Assembly: GCA_030141605.1 (NCBI GenBank)
Contig: JAQGDQ010000692.1
Coordinates: 81,662 to 111,638 of the forward strand
DNA: 29,977 nucleotides
Direction of reading: 5' to 3'
DNA from: Tubiluchus corallicola
Taxonomy: Eukaryota; Animalia; Priapulida
Under the pieces are notes generated by a model, which saw only the letters and a program-made list of their open reading frames with translations, was not told where the DNA came from and did not search any database. The translations under genes and the position numbers were made by a program. Positions 1 through 12,348 of this stretch are shown in pieces. Within the stretch, counting starts at the first letter, position 1, and each line of letters starts with the position of its first letter.

Positions 1-530
1 GGAATAGGTTATTTTGCCAATACAATTTTATTTACATGATGTGCCATTTCTTGGAATTTATGTACATCTAGCTGCATTTGGTTGTATCTTTTTCCAGATA
101 TAGGTAGACATGTGCAAAAGCGTGAGCTAAAAACAGATGGAGGTGAGTAAGCCTACGTACTTTCCACAGTAAGAAATAAACTTCACCTGTTGAACAAAGA
201 TTAAAAACGCAAGAAAAAATCCATTGTGATATGTTGGCATGTTGAAATCGTGCCACACTACTCTTTATTTTCATTTCTTTTATTAATAAGTCATTTTATG
301 AATACAGCGAAGAACACATACATGACACATGAAGAAATCAAAATGTACATATGTACAATTCTGGGCCTCTTACTGCAGGCAATAAGTATCAAAAATGCCT
401 TTTTAGCATACAACTTCCAAGAATTGTGCTAATCTGCTTTTCTTAACAGAGTATTTTCTAAAGTTAAACTATAATCTAAGCTGTAAGGTGTAAATAACAT
501 GTAGAAGACGTTACTTACAAATCTAAAACG

Positions 531-669
531 GCTAACTACATTACGGTACAGTTTGAATATCATTAATATATAATCATTAATACATGATTATCTAACTACA
601 TGATTATCTAACTAGCTAACTGCATTACGGTACAGTTTAAATATCATTAATATATAATCATTAATACAT
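531..669. repeat. Local direct repeat: two ~55-bp copies (531-585, 615-669) around a short internal duplication
   Basis: gctaact(a/g)cattacggtacagttt(g/a)aatatcattaatatataatcattaatacat occurs twice; tacatgattatctaac is duplicated between the copies. Confidence 0.85.
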
Positions 670-1074
670 ATAAATTTGTACAGTTCTTTAATATTTGTTC
701 TTTATCATATACTTTCTTATTGATGTCATTTATTTTTTGAACACAAATGTAGATAGTGGTTCAATTAAAAGAAATTGGTAGGCTAGTAGTAAAAGTAAAA
801 ATAAATATAAAGTAAAGTAAAAAATAAATAAATAGCGGGGTAGTATTGCAAAATTATCATCTTTTTTCGTTTCACTGACATTCGGCTAACTTATGGCTGA
901 AGAAGCGAATGGACCGAGAAATGAGTAAACAAGTAAGAGATGAGGAAAAAGCTGGAAAACAGGCAAGCAACCAAATATATAAAACAACAAATTAATAAAT
1001 GAAACAAAATAATGATGATCTGGATGTATCTACAGGAACTTAGAAATATAATTAATATATGTTTCTATATTTAG

Positions 1075-1317
1075 GTTCACAGTGGACTCAATTAAAAGGT
1101 AAAAATTTAAAAGACATTGACATAGGGGATGCAGGGCTCTGGGGTTGCGATGGCCATAACTATGTCTGGTTTCGAAGAGGCACACAAGGTGGCGTTAAAT
1201 CTGTTGGAGATGCATGGGAAAAGGTTAACGGAGGAAGATTTCGCAGTATCAGAGTTGGATATCAGCTCCTCTGGGCAATCCACGTGGGCAGAGACAACAA
1301 ATTATTTTATAGAACAG
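1075..1317 (+). CDS. Tectonin/TECPR beta-propeller lectin exon (repeats 1-2), phase 1-1
   Basis: ttag| acceptor, g|gtac donor; SQWTQLKGKNLKDIDIGDAGLWGCDGHNYVWFRRG...DAWEKVNGGRFRSIRVGYQLLWAIHVGRDNKLFYRTG fits the W-x-x-h-x-G-x-h-x-x-I-x-x-G...W-[GA]-h...h-[YF]-x-R-x-G tectonin pattern. Confidence 0.88.
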
Positions 1318-1409
1318 GTACTCATTCCATTCTTATTGTCATAGCAAAACTGCTATTGATTTTGTTTACCATAATGGACCTCATAAAATGATTTTTTTTG
1401 CTTTTGCAG

Positions 1410-1574
1410 GCATCAGTAGAAAAAACCCAAAAGGTACAAAATGGGATCGACATACTGGAATGAAAAGGCAGATCAGCTTGGATTCCAGTACTAATGAAAT
1501 ATGGGGGTTAGATAAACGGTCCGAGGTTTGGATTCGTACAGGTGTCCATAAACACAAAAGACCTCATGGCAGAG
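1410..1574 (+). CDS. Tectonin exon (repeat 3), phase 1-1
   Basis: ttttgcag| acceptor, g|gttggt donor; GISRKNPKGTKWDRHTGMKRQISLDSSTNEIWGLDKRSEVWIRTG has the typical GI-x-x-x-N-P-x-G-T-x-W linker. Confidence 0.87.
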
Positions 1575-2289
1575 GTTGGTAAATATTTAAAGTATTTGTT
1601 TCTCAAGAACATATGGTGATTTTTGTCTGCAACTCCATGAAGTTGCTTTAAAGTTTAATAATTTCAACGTATAATATAAAAAATTGTTTGCGTGGAAAAC
1701 GTGATAGTCATAAGATGAACGTTTAGTTTTGTTTTGCTTATTTTATTTCATTTGTCATAACAAAATAATACATAAATATGGTGAAAATAAAAAATACCAG
1801 ATTAAAAGAAACAAGCATGTAAATTATAAAATTAATTAATGGTGTTCAAAAAGAAAACTTGTAAAGGTCATGTCCAAAATGGCAAATAGAAAGATAAGCA
1901 TATCTAAGTATATCCGATTTTGACAAATTGTGTATAATATGTGGCATAATACCTATATTTTTAGGTATTTTTAGACTAATTTTTTATATGAGAGCTCCGC
2001 TCCAGATGATCGTGCAAAACTACACATAAAATCTGGTAGACTGAACACATTCTATAGGAAGGCCATCAATATAAAGACTAGAATGTAAAGGAATCGGTTT
2101 ATTTTTGGAGCAACATAGAATGTACTAGAGATAATTTGTTGTCTTTGAGCTAATAATTTGTTTCATAATTTGTTTTACGATCATTTAGCATTAATTATCA
2201 GGTTAAAAAGACCGTACATAAACAATGCAAGCTGTTACAATGAAAAAATATACAGACAGAACCCCATGGGTATAATCGTCAACAAAATA

Positions 2290-2442
<153 letters not shown>

Positions 2443-2641
2443 CTAAACCACAATTTTTTAGAGGCGAGTAGACCATTGGAAACTTTTCGGGCTTTCAAAA
2501 AAACCATGTGTCCATGGTGAACAGAATCGTGTTTCATGTGATTAATGGTTAATGGGTTAAGCTTCTCTAAGATTTTTATTTCCCGTTTAGTTACACTTGA
2601 CGCTTCAGTAATATAAATTTACTTCTTTTGTTGTTTTTTAG

Positions 2642-2764
2642 ATTGGCAAAAAATACAAGGGCGGTTCAAATATATATCTGTTGGGCCGGCTGGCGTTTGG
2701 GCTGTGAAATCTAACTATGAAGTATATTATAGAACAAAAACTGGACATGGTGTTGTCGGAATAG
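2642..2764 (+). CDS. Tectonin exon (repeat 4), phase 1-1; absent from the ORF track
   Basis: tttttag| acceptor, g|gtagat donor; DWQKIQGRFKYISVGPAGVWAVKSNYEVYYRTKTGHGVVGIG contains the classic ISVGPAGVWAV motif. Confidence 0.92.
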
Positions 2765-3400
2765 GTAGATGCTTACAAACATAAATAATAGGATATCACT
2801 GATAATTTGAAAAATCCGTTGCGATTTCTCTGGCTTGTTTGCTAGCCTCATCTTATATTTGTTGACTGGTCTAAAAATAGACTCCTTTCAGTATCTGAGC
2901 TAGTTTGATGATCCTTTTCATTCCGTTGCAATTAAAGAAAATTGATTCGTAAATTGTTTCAAAAGTTACCACTGTTTTAATGACTGATTATCAATACTTA
3001 TCTCTTTTATAAGAGATAATTTGTTACACATTAGCAATAATGGGCTACTTTACCAGAATTTTGTAAATAATATTTATTAAAATCAGTGAGTCAGACATTA
3101 ATTTTAGCATCTGGAAATGCATTGTTAATGACGTAATTAAATATTGATGTTTGTGCACAACACTCATACAGACATGAAAATGAGCAGATCGAGGTTACCT
3201 TCTATGACAAGCTTTATGAACAATATTGCACATTGTCCCATCACCATCAGTCCTAGAAATGCAAATCACAATCTGAAATGTCAGAGACAACTTTCACCAG
3301 ATAGTTGGAACTTATTCGATCATGCAAACTAATACTAACTATGGCTAACCATAAAGTAACCTACATGGCAAACTAAATAGAAAGTGACGGTTGTTTTTAG

Positions 3401-3502
3401 GCCGTTCTTGGAAGAAGGTGGACGGATCATTACGGCAAATTACATCTGGTAATGGCGAAGTTTGGGGATTGGATACTGCTTATAATATCCTTATTCGTCT
3501 TG
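3401..3502 (+). CDS. Tectonin exon (repeat 5), phase 1-1
   Basis: tttttag| acceptor, g|gtacg donor; RSWKKVDGSLRQITSGNGEVWGLDTAYNILIRLG. Confidence 0.9.
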
Positions 3503-3542
3503 GTACGTTAGCACTTATTTTTCCACAGTTCGTCATAGTGAT

Positions 3543-3624
3543 GTGTGTGTGTGTGTGTGTTCATGTGTGTGTGTGATTGTGTGTGTATGTGTGTGTATGT
3601 GTGTGTGCGTGTGTGCATTGTGTG

Positions 3625-3657
<33 letters not shown>

Positions 3658-3692
3658 ACGCGGATGTGTGTGTTTGTGTGCATGCGTGCGTG

Positions 3693-3734
<42 letters not shown>

Positions 3735-3774
3735 CGTGTGCATGTGCGTGTGAGTGTGTGTGTGTGTGCGTGTG
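3543..3774. repeat. Imperfect (GT)n microsatellite
   Basis: Direct reading; source of the CVCV/HTHT ORFs. Confidence 0.97.
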
Positions 3775-4892
3775 CCATTGTCCAAGATGGGCAGTGTTGA
3801 CACTGGAAATATCTGCTATCCTTAGATAGCCATATCATATATATTAGATATATGTATATATACGACAAATATTATATGGTATGGCTATAATTCATATAAT
3901 GCATCACAAGAAATTGTTAATATGTTATTACATTGCACTGGTTTTAGGTAATGTGACACAGGTTGCTAATATCGTCATACTGGTCTCTGGTAACATGATA
4001 CTGCTCGATAGTAATTTAAGCAGTAAGCTTTAGCAGTTGCATAAGTACAATCACACGTGCAGTATATGATTTAGGTCTGCTGAACAAAACACAAATGAGT
4101 TAACTAATGTGAGCAAGTGACACTGCGAAGTATCTTATTATTATGTCCTCTAGACTAACAGACATTGAACTAAAGTTCGGTCTAGTGGATTAGGGTTGGT
4201 GTTAGAGTTTGGTTTATTGTTACACTTATTGTGGGCCAAAGTCAGAGTTTACGTTAGAGTTAGGGTTAGCATGTTTTGACTAGCAATTTGATCCTATTTT
4301 CTCAACTAATTATAAAAGTTTTGTGATTTGATTTCCTTGGCATTCAGTTCTAGATGAATATACAAACCGATGGCCTACTTTGTGTGTTTTCACCAGACCC
4401 ATGCATACGAAGTAGTCATCCAACAAATTTCACTTATATGGCAACACTGATGATAATTACCAGCCTAATAAATATAAGACAAAAGAATCTCTGAATAAGA
4501 GTACTTTTACCAAAAAATTGAAATTCAAATTAATTAATAAAAGAAAATGCAAAAGACAAAAAAGCTAGAGAGTTTTTCACTTTTAAATAAATAATGATCA
4601 GGTAAGAATAGCAAATATTGAAAATCAAGAGCTATAATTATTCTACAGGGAACAAAAATTTGATAAGAAATAGGGAGTGGCCTATTTTGAAAACATCTAC
4701 TAACTAATAATATGCATGGAGCACAAATTTTATTTTAGAGCAGCCAGTCTTTGTTAAGAAAAGTCACCTTCAATATTTCAGTTGAAAAACATTTTCTGAT
4801 TTACTAGTAGTGCAAAATACCACAAATATTTATCTAGATGGTCACACAGTTAACTGACGGCCGATTCTTTACTAAAATTTTCTTTTCGCCAG

Positions 4893-5033
4893 GCATCACA
4901 AAACGCAATCCAGTTGGAACAAAATGGCATAGAATAGAAGGAAACTTTAAACGAATTGCTGTTCCTCTCAACGCCAATAGCTACGTTTGGGGTCTCAATC
5001 ATGCTGGTGAAGTCTTCTACCGCGGAGGTTTTG
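4893..5033 (+). CDS. Tectonin exon (repeat 6), phase 1-1
   Basis: ttttcgccag| acceptor, g|gtaggc donor; GITKRNPVGTKWHRIEGNFKRIAVPLNANSYVWGLNHAGEVFYRGGF. Confidence 0.9.
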
Positions 5034-5189
5034 GTAGGCGAAAAACGTTTGTTTTTAGTACAATAGCCAGTTCATAGTATTTAAGAGCAATCAAACTTAG
5101 TTTTGATATTATACTTCCGTCTGTTTCATCAGCATTTTCACCAATGTTTCATCATTCAATAAAAAAAACAACAGCAACAACATCAACTT

Positions 5190-6240
5190 TCCACAAATTT
5201 GCGAAGACTTTGAAGCTCGAGCTTCTTGAATAACCAACAACAAATTGACCATCCTATTAGCATAAAAATGAGATTTGGCGCAATCGCAATCAGCACTTTT
5301 TAACATTCTTACCATCCAAAGAATTTATAAATTTGTTTTAATTAAAATTACTTGGCCTATAGTCTTAGAACATGTACAGTATACACTTTACTATACGTTC
5401 TTCAAGCTGGAAGTAAATTCTCAACACTACTGCCTCTAAGTATGGATTTTGTCAATTTGCTTCATGTGAAATGAGAATTAAAATTTTATTCTGTTTTTAT
5501 TTGATTTTCAAGTGTTAGAAACAAAAAATCTACTACAAAAAGCATCAACTAATAAAACAACTTCTATCGAGACAACATATTCAATATTACATGCACCTTC
5601 TTTGAAAAACTTTTAAAAACTACATGAAATTCACAAATAGAAACTTTATTGCATAGAACTTTTAAATTATGAAAATATGAAGAACTATCACTATCCGACA
5701 CAGCTTTTGTCCTATATATTTACCATGCTACCACGTTCTGTCTTAAACTGGGTTTGAAAAGTAACCTTCTTTACTAACACTGCCATGTCACACCTTCTAA
5801 ACCCTATCAATAAGCCCTAACAGAAATGTGGCACATAACACTCTGATCCAAGGGCCTTTTTGTTTCCTTACTCTAAATTACGTTGTTCTTAATCAAAATT
5901 ATCAACATCAATAGAATCTATAACTTGTATATTGGATTTAGATAAATCACTTCCTGACTCTTTAAAATGGCTATATAAAAGGGACTAACTCCTGAAGAAA
6001 CATTAGATGTATGTACATTAAGCCTTTGATGCAAACATTAAGAGATTTTGCCAACATACTGTAAACCACAGTCATTACAGATGATAAGATAAATGACAAA
6101 GTTAGCTTTACAATTCACGAAACCATCATTGTTAACTAAAATGACTTACCAGTAACAAGTTTGCAAATGCACTAGACTAACGAACATTACATCATTGACA
6201 GTTACGAACTTTACATTTGCTAAATACAACATTGCTATTG
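5190..6240 (-). mobile_element. Decayed Penelope-like retroelement, GIY-YIG endonuclease plus downstream linker (N-terminal-EN, Naiad/Chlamys-type layout); RT absent; ends approximate
   Basis: Minus-strand translation across stops and frameshifts: CKVRNCQ*C...VTGKSF..VNNDGFVNCKANFVIYLIICNDCGLQYVGKIS*CLHQRLNVH...LYSHFKESG...IQVID...WIRVLCATFLLGLIDR, then ...HGK..., SILRGSSVENLLP, SKTIGQVI and CDCAKSHF. Confidence 0.8.
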
Positions 6241-7511
6241 TAACGTGCAGAGGGCTATTGTATTCCTAATTTTTATATAATGATCAGCAATATATACTAC
6301 ATGTATTTTTACTGGTTCGTCTGCTGTTTTTAAGGCTATTTAGTTAAAAACAAAACAAGATGAAACATGAATTTTAAGCTATAATTATTACAAAAGAAAA
6401 GAGTACAACAACAGTAAGAGATCAAAATTACAACTGATGGCTTGCTGTGAAGACCCCCAAGGAAAGACGAGGATAAGAAATGAATTCGCAAAACTTGACT
6501 GAATGCTCATGGCAATATTGTGCACAATACAACGATCTTCTTCCCACAATGACAACGCTGACAACGGCAACATGACAATCATCCATGTGCCATAACAGTG
6601 CTGATAACGACAGATAATCTTCCATCAACCCTCTAGTCTATATCATCAACGCACTAACAGCTGACTGGAATAGAATAATATGTATAAGCTTGACAGGTCT
6701 TCAAATCGTGTAACAGCAGAGACTGAAAAAGACAGGCTATACAACAGGAACACGGCCCTTTTTGCCAAAACAACGCTTAGTTCAGCTCTCCATGGTCAAC
6801 AAGTTACACTGCAGATCTTGTACCAGCCTTTCCAAACAAATACGTTAACTACAGGTAAGCTGGAACATGCCCACTGGTCAGACAAACAACGAACGTCTGT
6901 ACCAGAGAAAAGTATCAACTCAACTGTCCAGAACCAGGTATTGCCTTTTCTGCATAACCAAACGAAGCACTCCAACAAGTAAGTACAAACCATTTTAAGT
7001 GTCAGGGTTAGGAGATGATAAAATGAAAAAACACATACAGCAATGCAAGCTAAGCAAGCCATTTACTTTCAAAATTAACAAAACACACCTCACAGCTATT
7101 TTCACTTGCAAATATATTTCTCTAACTGAACAGTACATAGCTTATAATTTTTAAATAGCTAAAGGCTTAAGCATCATTAATGATTTTGATGATGATGATG
7201 ACGATGAGGATAATGATGACGATATTGCCGACGACGATGATGATGGTGGTGATAATGTTACAACCTTTAGATTCATTATTACTTCGCTGCATCTGCTTAT
7301 AGCTAAACTTTTTTTGTTTAGATGCCATAGATGAGTGTGGTTCTAATCCTTGTCAGAATGGAGCAGCCTGTAAAAATGAAGTCGATAAATACACTTGCAA
7401 TTGCGTGGCAGGATTCAAGGGAACTAAGTGTGAACAAAGTAAAGCTTGCTATGATGTTTTTTCAGATTGTATCTAAAATGTACTTTATTCCCTAGTACTT
7501 TAGTTAAAAAT
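5778..7511. repeat. Segmental duplication copy 1 (PLE remnant plus first EGF exon)
   Basis: Collinear and highly similar by eye to 10066-11887. Confidence 0.93.
7322..7438 (+). CDS. Ca-binding EGF exon, type A (117 bp, phase 1-1)
   Basis: ttag|...a|gtaaag; [39 protein letters not shown]. Confidence 0.9.
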
Positions 7512-7699
7512 GCACAGAACGTAAACAATACTACAAAAAGCAGTTTAGACTTTAGAGTTTGCTGTCAGAGAGAAAAATCTCTAGTCGAATATTCAATAAC
7601 AGTGACAAAGACATCGACACTTTACTCCATGGCTTTAATACGTATTTAAATAAATTGGGTAATTTGCATCTTTTTAATGCGTTTGCTGCTCCTGTTTAG

Positions 7700-7813
7700 A
7701 AATTGATGAATGTTCGTTTAATCCTTGTCAGATTGTAGGTACTTGTAAAGATGAAATAGATAGCTATAATTTTTTGTGCATCAACAGATATACCGGAGAT
7801 GAATGTGAAACAA
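7700..7813 (+). CDS. EGF exon, type B; in frame but lacks the 4th cysteine
   Basis: ttag|...a|gtaaaa; [37 protein letters not shown]. Confidence 0.6.
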
Positions 7814-8093
7814 GTAAAACCTTTCACGGTGCTTTGTATTTTTTATGCATATTATGATACGCAGTGTGGTAGTAGTTTTACAATTGTAAGACAAATTATT
7901 GGAATTATCAAAATTTACCATTTAATTAGAATAAAATGAAAAGTAAGTTGTAAAATGAAGACAATTCCAATCAATGTGACGTTACACAACATTACGCTAC
8001 GTTAATCAGTGTTACATTCAGTGTGACATTATTGCATATTTTTGCATTACATTATAGAACAATGGCTTTATCAACTGCGTTGTTTTTCTTCAG

Positions 8094-8207
8094 ATATAAA
8101 TGAATGCTTGTCAAATCCTTGTAAAAATGGAGCTAACTGTACAGACGAAATCAATAAATACAGTTGTACCTGTCTAAATGGATTTACTGGAGTTGACTGT
8201 GGACAAG
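8094..8207 (+). CDS. Ca-binding EGF exon (114 bp)
   Basis: ttcag|...g|gtgaac; [37 protein letters not shown]. Confidence 0.92.
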
Positions 8208-8525
8208 GTGAACATTTAACAAAATATTTTTCTAAAGGTTAACGTATTTTTAACAATGAAAAGTGCTGAGGCAATCACACTAGAGAGTAACTCTCAAGAA
8301 ATCAACACATAGCAACTGCTTCCAATAACTTGCCAAAAGAAATGAGAACATTTCACGTTTGTCTAATATGTCCAAAAATTATTAAGATTAGAATTTTTTG
8401 TGAAGAGTTAATTCTGTCAAGAGATTTGAACGTAGTTAGTTTAACGTTCTTTACTATTTCAGATTTTAGTTAAGTTTATATGTCTTGCATCTTCTCACTT
8501 CTATAGAAAGACCTTTCTTCTTTAG

Positions 8526-8639
8526 ATATTAATGAATGCCAGTCTTATCCCTGTAAATATGGAGCAACGTGTATAAATGGAATCAACAAATACACTTGTA
8601 CTTGTGTTCCTGGATTTACTGGACGCACTTGTGGGGAAG
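8526..8639 (+). CDS. Ca-binding EGF exon (114 bp)
   Basis: tttag|...g|gtaaaa; [37 protein letters not shown]. Confidence 0.92.
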
Positions 8640-8927
8640 GTAAAAGTTGCCACAATGTTTGGTACTATTGCCAGAAATTCAAACAAAATATAAATAAGTA
8701 AAAAGGACAATATGTACATTTAGTTTGTTATTAATACTGTGAAAGTTTGCATTGCAATTTTTCCAAGGAATTATAGAAAAATGAATTGAAGAAAAATATT
8801 GTTTCCAGTTTGCTGTAACTTTGTTTTGGATTTAGTCGATCTGTCTGTTACAAACTTTTTCATGAATTTAGCAAGACTGCTTCTGGAATTGATTAACGTA
8901 TGAATATATGTTATTTTTTCTGCTTAG

Positions 8928-9047
8928 CTATTAATGAGTGCTTGGTTCTTTCTAATCCTTGCCAGAATGGAGCTACATGTGTAGATAGACCCAATAACTA
9001 CACTTGCATATGTGCCAAAGGATTTGCTGGACGCAATTGCGAAAAAG
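8928..9047 (+). CDS. Ca-binding EGF exon (120 bp)
   Basis: cttag|...g|gtctag; [39 protein letters not shown]. Confidence 0.9.
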
Positions 9048-9179
9048 GTCTAGATATTTTCCTGTTTGCTGCTGTTGAGATTATCGAGTTTTTAAAAATG
9101 CCACACAATGTAGAACACAGAGCGGTTTAAATTAATTGGGAATTTGCATTTCTTGAATGCAATTGCTGCTCCTGTTTAG

Positions 9180-9290
9180 AAATTGATGAATGTTCGTTTA
9201 ATCCTTGTCAGATTGTAGGTACTTGTTGTGATGAAATCGATAGTTATATTTGTTTGTGCGTCAATGGATATACAGATGAATGTGAAACAA
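9180..9290 (+). CDS. EGF exon, type B (111 bp); one codon deleted and an extra Cys
   Basis: [36 protein letters not shown] with intact AG and GT. Confidence 0.65.
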
Positions 9291-9523
9291 GTAAAACCTT
9301 TCACGACGCTTTGTATTTTTAATGCATATTATGATACGTAGTGTAGTAGTAGTCTAACAATTGTAAGATAAGTTTTGGAATTATCAAAATGTACCATTTA
9401 ATTAAATGAAAATGCAAAACATTTTTTTTCTTTTCTTTTTCCTTTTTTTCGTAATGTAAGGTATACAGTAACGTAGCAAATCCTGAAAATTGTCATTACA
9501 ATATCTATCATTGTGTGGCATAG

Positions 9524-9588
9524 ATATCAATGAAGGCTCATCGATTCCTTGTTTCCATCAGAACATGGACTATGGAGCAAGGATTTGA
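9524..9588 (+). pseudogene. Truncated EGF exon remnant ending in a stop
   Basis: atag|INEGSSIPCFHQNMDYGARI*; homologous remnants at 14213 and 15369. Confidence 0.7.
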
Positions 9589-9661
9589 TAATGGCTTCAG
9601 CACTTATTTAAATGAATTGGGTAATTTTCATCTTTTTAATGTGTTTGTTGCTTCTGTTTAG

Positions 9662-9775
9662 ATATAGATGAATGTGCATCAAGTCCTTGCCTGAATAAAG
9701 CTACGTGTCATGATAGAGTCAATGCATACGATTGTTCTTGTGCTGCTGGATATACTGGAACTAGGTGTCGACATG
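9662..9775 (+). CDS. Ca-binding EGF exon, type C
   Basis: ttag|...g|gtaagt; [37 protein letters not shown]. Confidence 0.92.
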
Positions 9776-10037
9776 GTAAGTAATAATTATAACAGACTGT
9801 TCCTTTTGAGATCGTCAATATAACCATGCGACAACTGTCAGAGAGTTTGCAAAAAGTTATTGATAGTACTATAGAAAGCAGTTTGGAATTTAGATTTTGC
9901 TGTCAGCAAGAGAACTCTCTAGTCTAATATGCAATAATAGTGATAATGACAGCAACACTTTATTGAATGGCTCTAATACTTACGTAAATAAATTGCGTAA
10001 TTTGCATCTCTTTAATGTGTTTGTTGCTTCTGTTTAG

Positions 10038-10067
10038 AAATTGATGAGTGTTCGTCTAACCTTGTCA
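10038..10067 (+). pseudogene. Type B EGF exon cut by the duplication junction
   Basis: ttag|aaattgatgagtgttcgtctaaccttgtca runs directly into sequence matching 5778 onward. Confidence 0.85.
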
Positions 10068-11370
10068 CTGTCATGTGACACCTTCTGAACCCTATCAATA
10101 AGCCCTAACAGAAATGTGGCACATAACACTTTGATCCAAAGGCCTTTTTGTTTCCTAACTCTAAATTACGTTGTTCTTAATCAAAATTACCAACATCAAT
10201 AGAATCTACAACTTGTATATTGGATTTAGATAAATCATGTCCTGACTCTTTAAAATGGCTATATAAAAGGGACTAACTCCTGAAGAAACATTAGATGCAT
10301 GTCCATTAAGCCTTTGATGCAAACATTAAGAGATTTTGCCGACATACTGTAAACCACAGTCATTACAGATGAAAAGATAAATGACAAAATTAGCTTTACA
10401 ATTCACGAAACCATCATTGTTAACTAAAATGACTTACCAGTAACATGTTTGCAAAAGCACTAGACTAAAGAACATTACAACATTGACAGTTACGAACTTT
10501 ACATTTGCTAAATACAACATTGCTATTGTAACATGCCGAGGGCTATTGCATTCCTAATTTTTATATAATGATCAGGAATATATACTAAATGTATTTTTAC
10601 TGGTTCGTCTGCTGTTTTTAAGGCTATTTAGTTAAAAACAAAACAAGATGAAACATAAATTTTAAGCTATAATTATTACAAAAGAAAAGAGTACAACAAC
10701 AGTAAGAGATCAAAATTACAACTGATGGCTTGCTGTGAAAACCCCCAAGGAAAGACGAGGATAAGAAAATGAATTCGCAAAACTTAACTGAATGTTCATG
10801 TTGATATTGTGCACAATACAACGATCTTCTTCCCACAATGACAACGCTGACAAAGGCAACATGACAATCATCTATGTGCCATAACAATGCAGTTGATGAC
10901 AGCTAACCAACAGCTTCGAGCTACTCTCTTGTAGTCTACAACATCAACGTACTAACAGCTGACTGGAATAGAATAACATCACACTTCTGTGGCTTGGCCC
11001 TTCAAACCATGTAACAGCAAGTAGACTGAGAAAGACAGGCTATACAACAGGAATGCCGCCCTTTTTTGCCAATACAACACTTAGCTCAGCTCTCCACGAT
11101 AAAGAAGTTACATCGCAGATCGTGTACCACCCTTTCCAGACAAATATGTTAACTACATGTATGCTGGAACATACCCACTGGTCAGACCAACAAAGAACGT
11201 CTGTACCAGAGAAAAGTATCTACTGATCAGTCCAGAACAGGTATTGCTTTTTCTGCATAAACAAACGAAGCACTCCAACAAGTAAGTACAAACCATTTCA
11301 AGTGACAGGCGTAAGGAGATGATCAAATGAAAAAACACATACAGCAATACAAGCCATTTAATATCAAAAT

Positions 11371-11452
<82 letters not shown>

Positions 11453-11453
11453 G

Positions 11454-11494
<41 letters not shown>

Positions 11495-11887
11495 CACAGC
11501 TATTTTCGCTTACAAACATATTTCCCCAACTGAACAGTACATAGCTTATAATTTTTAAATAGCTAATGGCTTGATGTCATTAATGATGATGATGATGATG
11601 ATGACAACGATAGTGACGATGATGGTACTGTTATATTCATTATTACTTGGCTGTTCATGCATCTACCAATGGCTAAACTTTTTTTGTTAAGATGCCATTG
11701 ATGAGTGTGATTCTAATCCTTGTCAGAATGGAGCAACCTGTGAAAATGAAATCAATAAATACACTTGCACTTGTGTGGCAGGATACACCGGAACTAACTG
11801 TGAACAAAGTAAAGCTTGCTATGATTGTTTTTCAGATTGTATCTAAAATGTACTTTATTCTCTATGTTAAGTACTTTAGTTAAAAAT
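10066..11887. repeat. Segmental duplication copy 2, containing the second PLE GIY-YIG remnant (- strand, ~10085-10530) and an expanded (AC)n at 11373-11492
   Basis: Collinear with 5778-7511; minus strand reads CKVRNCQCC, HQRLNGHASN, ESGHDLS. Confidence 0.93.
11692..11808 (+). CDS. Ca-binding EGF exon, type A
   Basis: aag| acceptor (weak), a|gtaaag donor; [38 protein letters not shown]. Confidence 0.85.
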
Positions 11888-11971
11888 TCTACATTACAAA
11901 ATAACTATGTAAGACATTTCACTGTTTTCTGCTGTACAATACTTACCTTATTTTGGTTAAATAATTTGTAG

Positions 11972-12085
11972 ATATAGATGAATGTGTATCAAGTCCTTGC
12001 CTAAATAATGCAACGTGTCATGATAGAGTCAATGCATACAATTGTTCTTGTGCTGCTGGATATACTGGAACTAGATGTCAACTTG
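11972..12085 (+). CDS. Ca-binding EGF exon, type C
   Basis: [37 protein letters not shown]; gtag| and |gtaagt. Confidence 0.9.
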
Positions 12086-12348
12086 GTAAGTAATAATTAT
12101 AACAGACTGTTCCTATTGTAATCATTAGAATAACATGCAGCAACTGTCAGAGATTTTGCAATAAGTTATTGACAGTACTATACAAAGCAGTTTAGACTTT
12201 AGATTTTGCTGTGTGAGAGAAAAATCTCTCTAAGTCCAATATTCAATAACAGTGACAAAGACATCAACACTTTACGAATTTCTTTAATAAGTATTTAAAT
12301 AAATTGCGTAATTTGCATGCTTTTAATGCGTTTGCTGCTCCTGTTTAG

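Noticed and set aside
68-432. Short ORFs as the missing first exon of the tectonin gene
   Set aside because: No convincing signal peptide with a phase-1 donor; the 5' exon probably lies outside the window
2540-2560. piggyBac-like GGGTTAA terminus
   Set aside because: No matching TTAACCC left end was found
4188-4270. Telomere-like ttaggg/ttagag motifs
   Set aside because: Too few and too degenerate to call an interstitial telomeric array
6192-6194. In-frame TGA within the PLE Cys motif as selenocysteine (reported for some Naiad elements)
   Set aside because: The duplicate copy has TGT, the element has many other stops, and no SECIS was seen; decay is the simpler explanation
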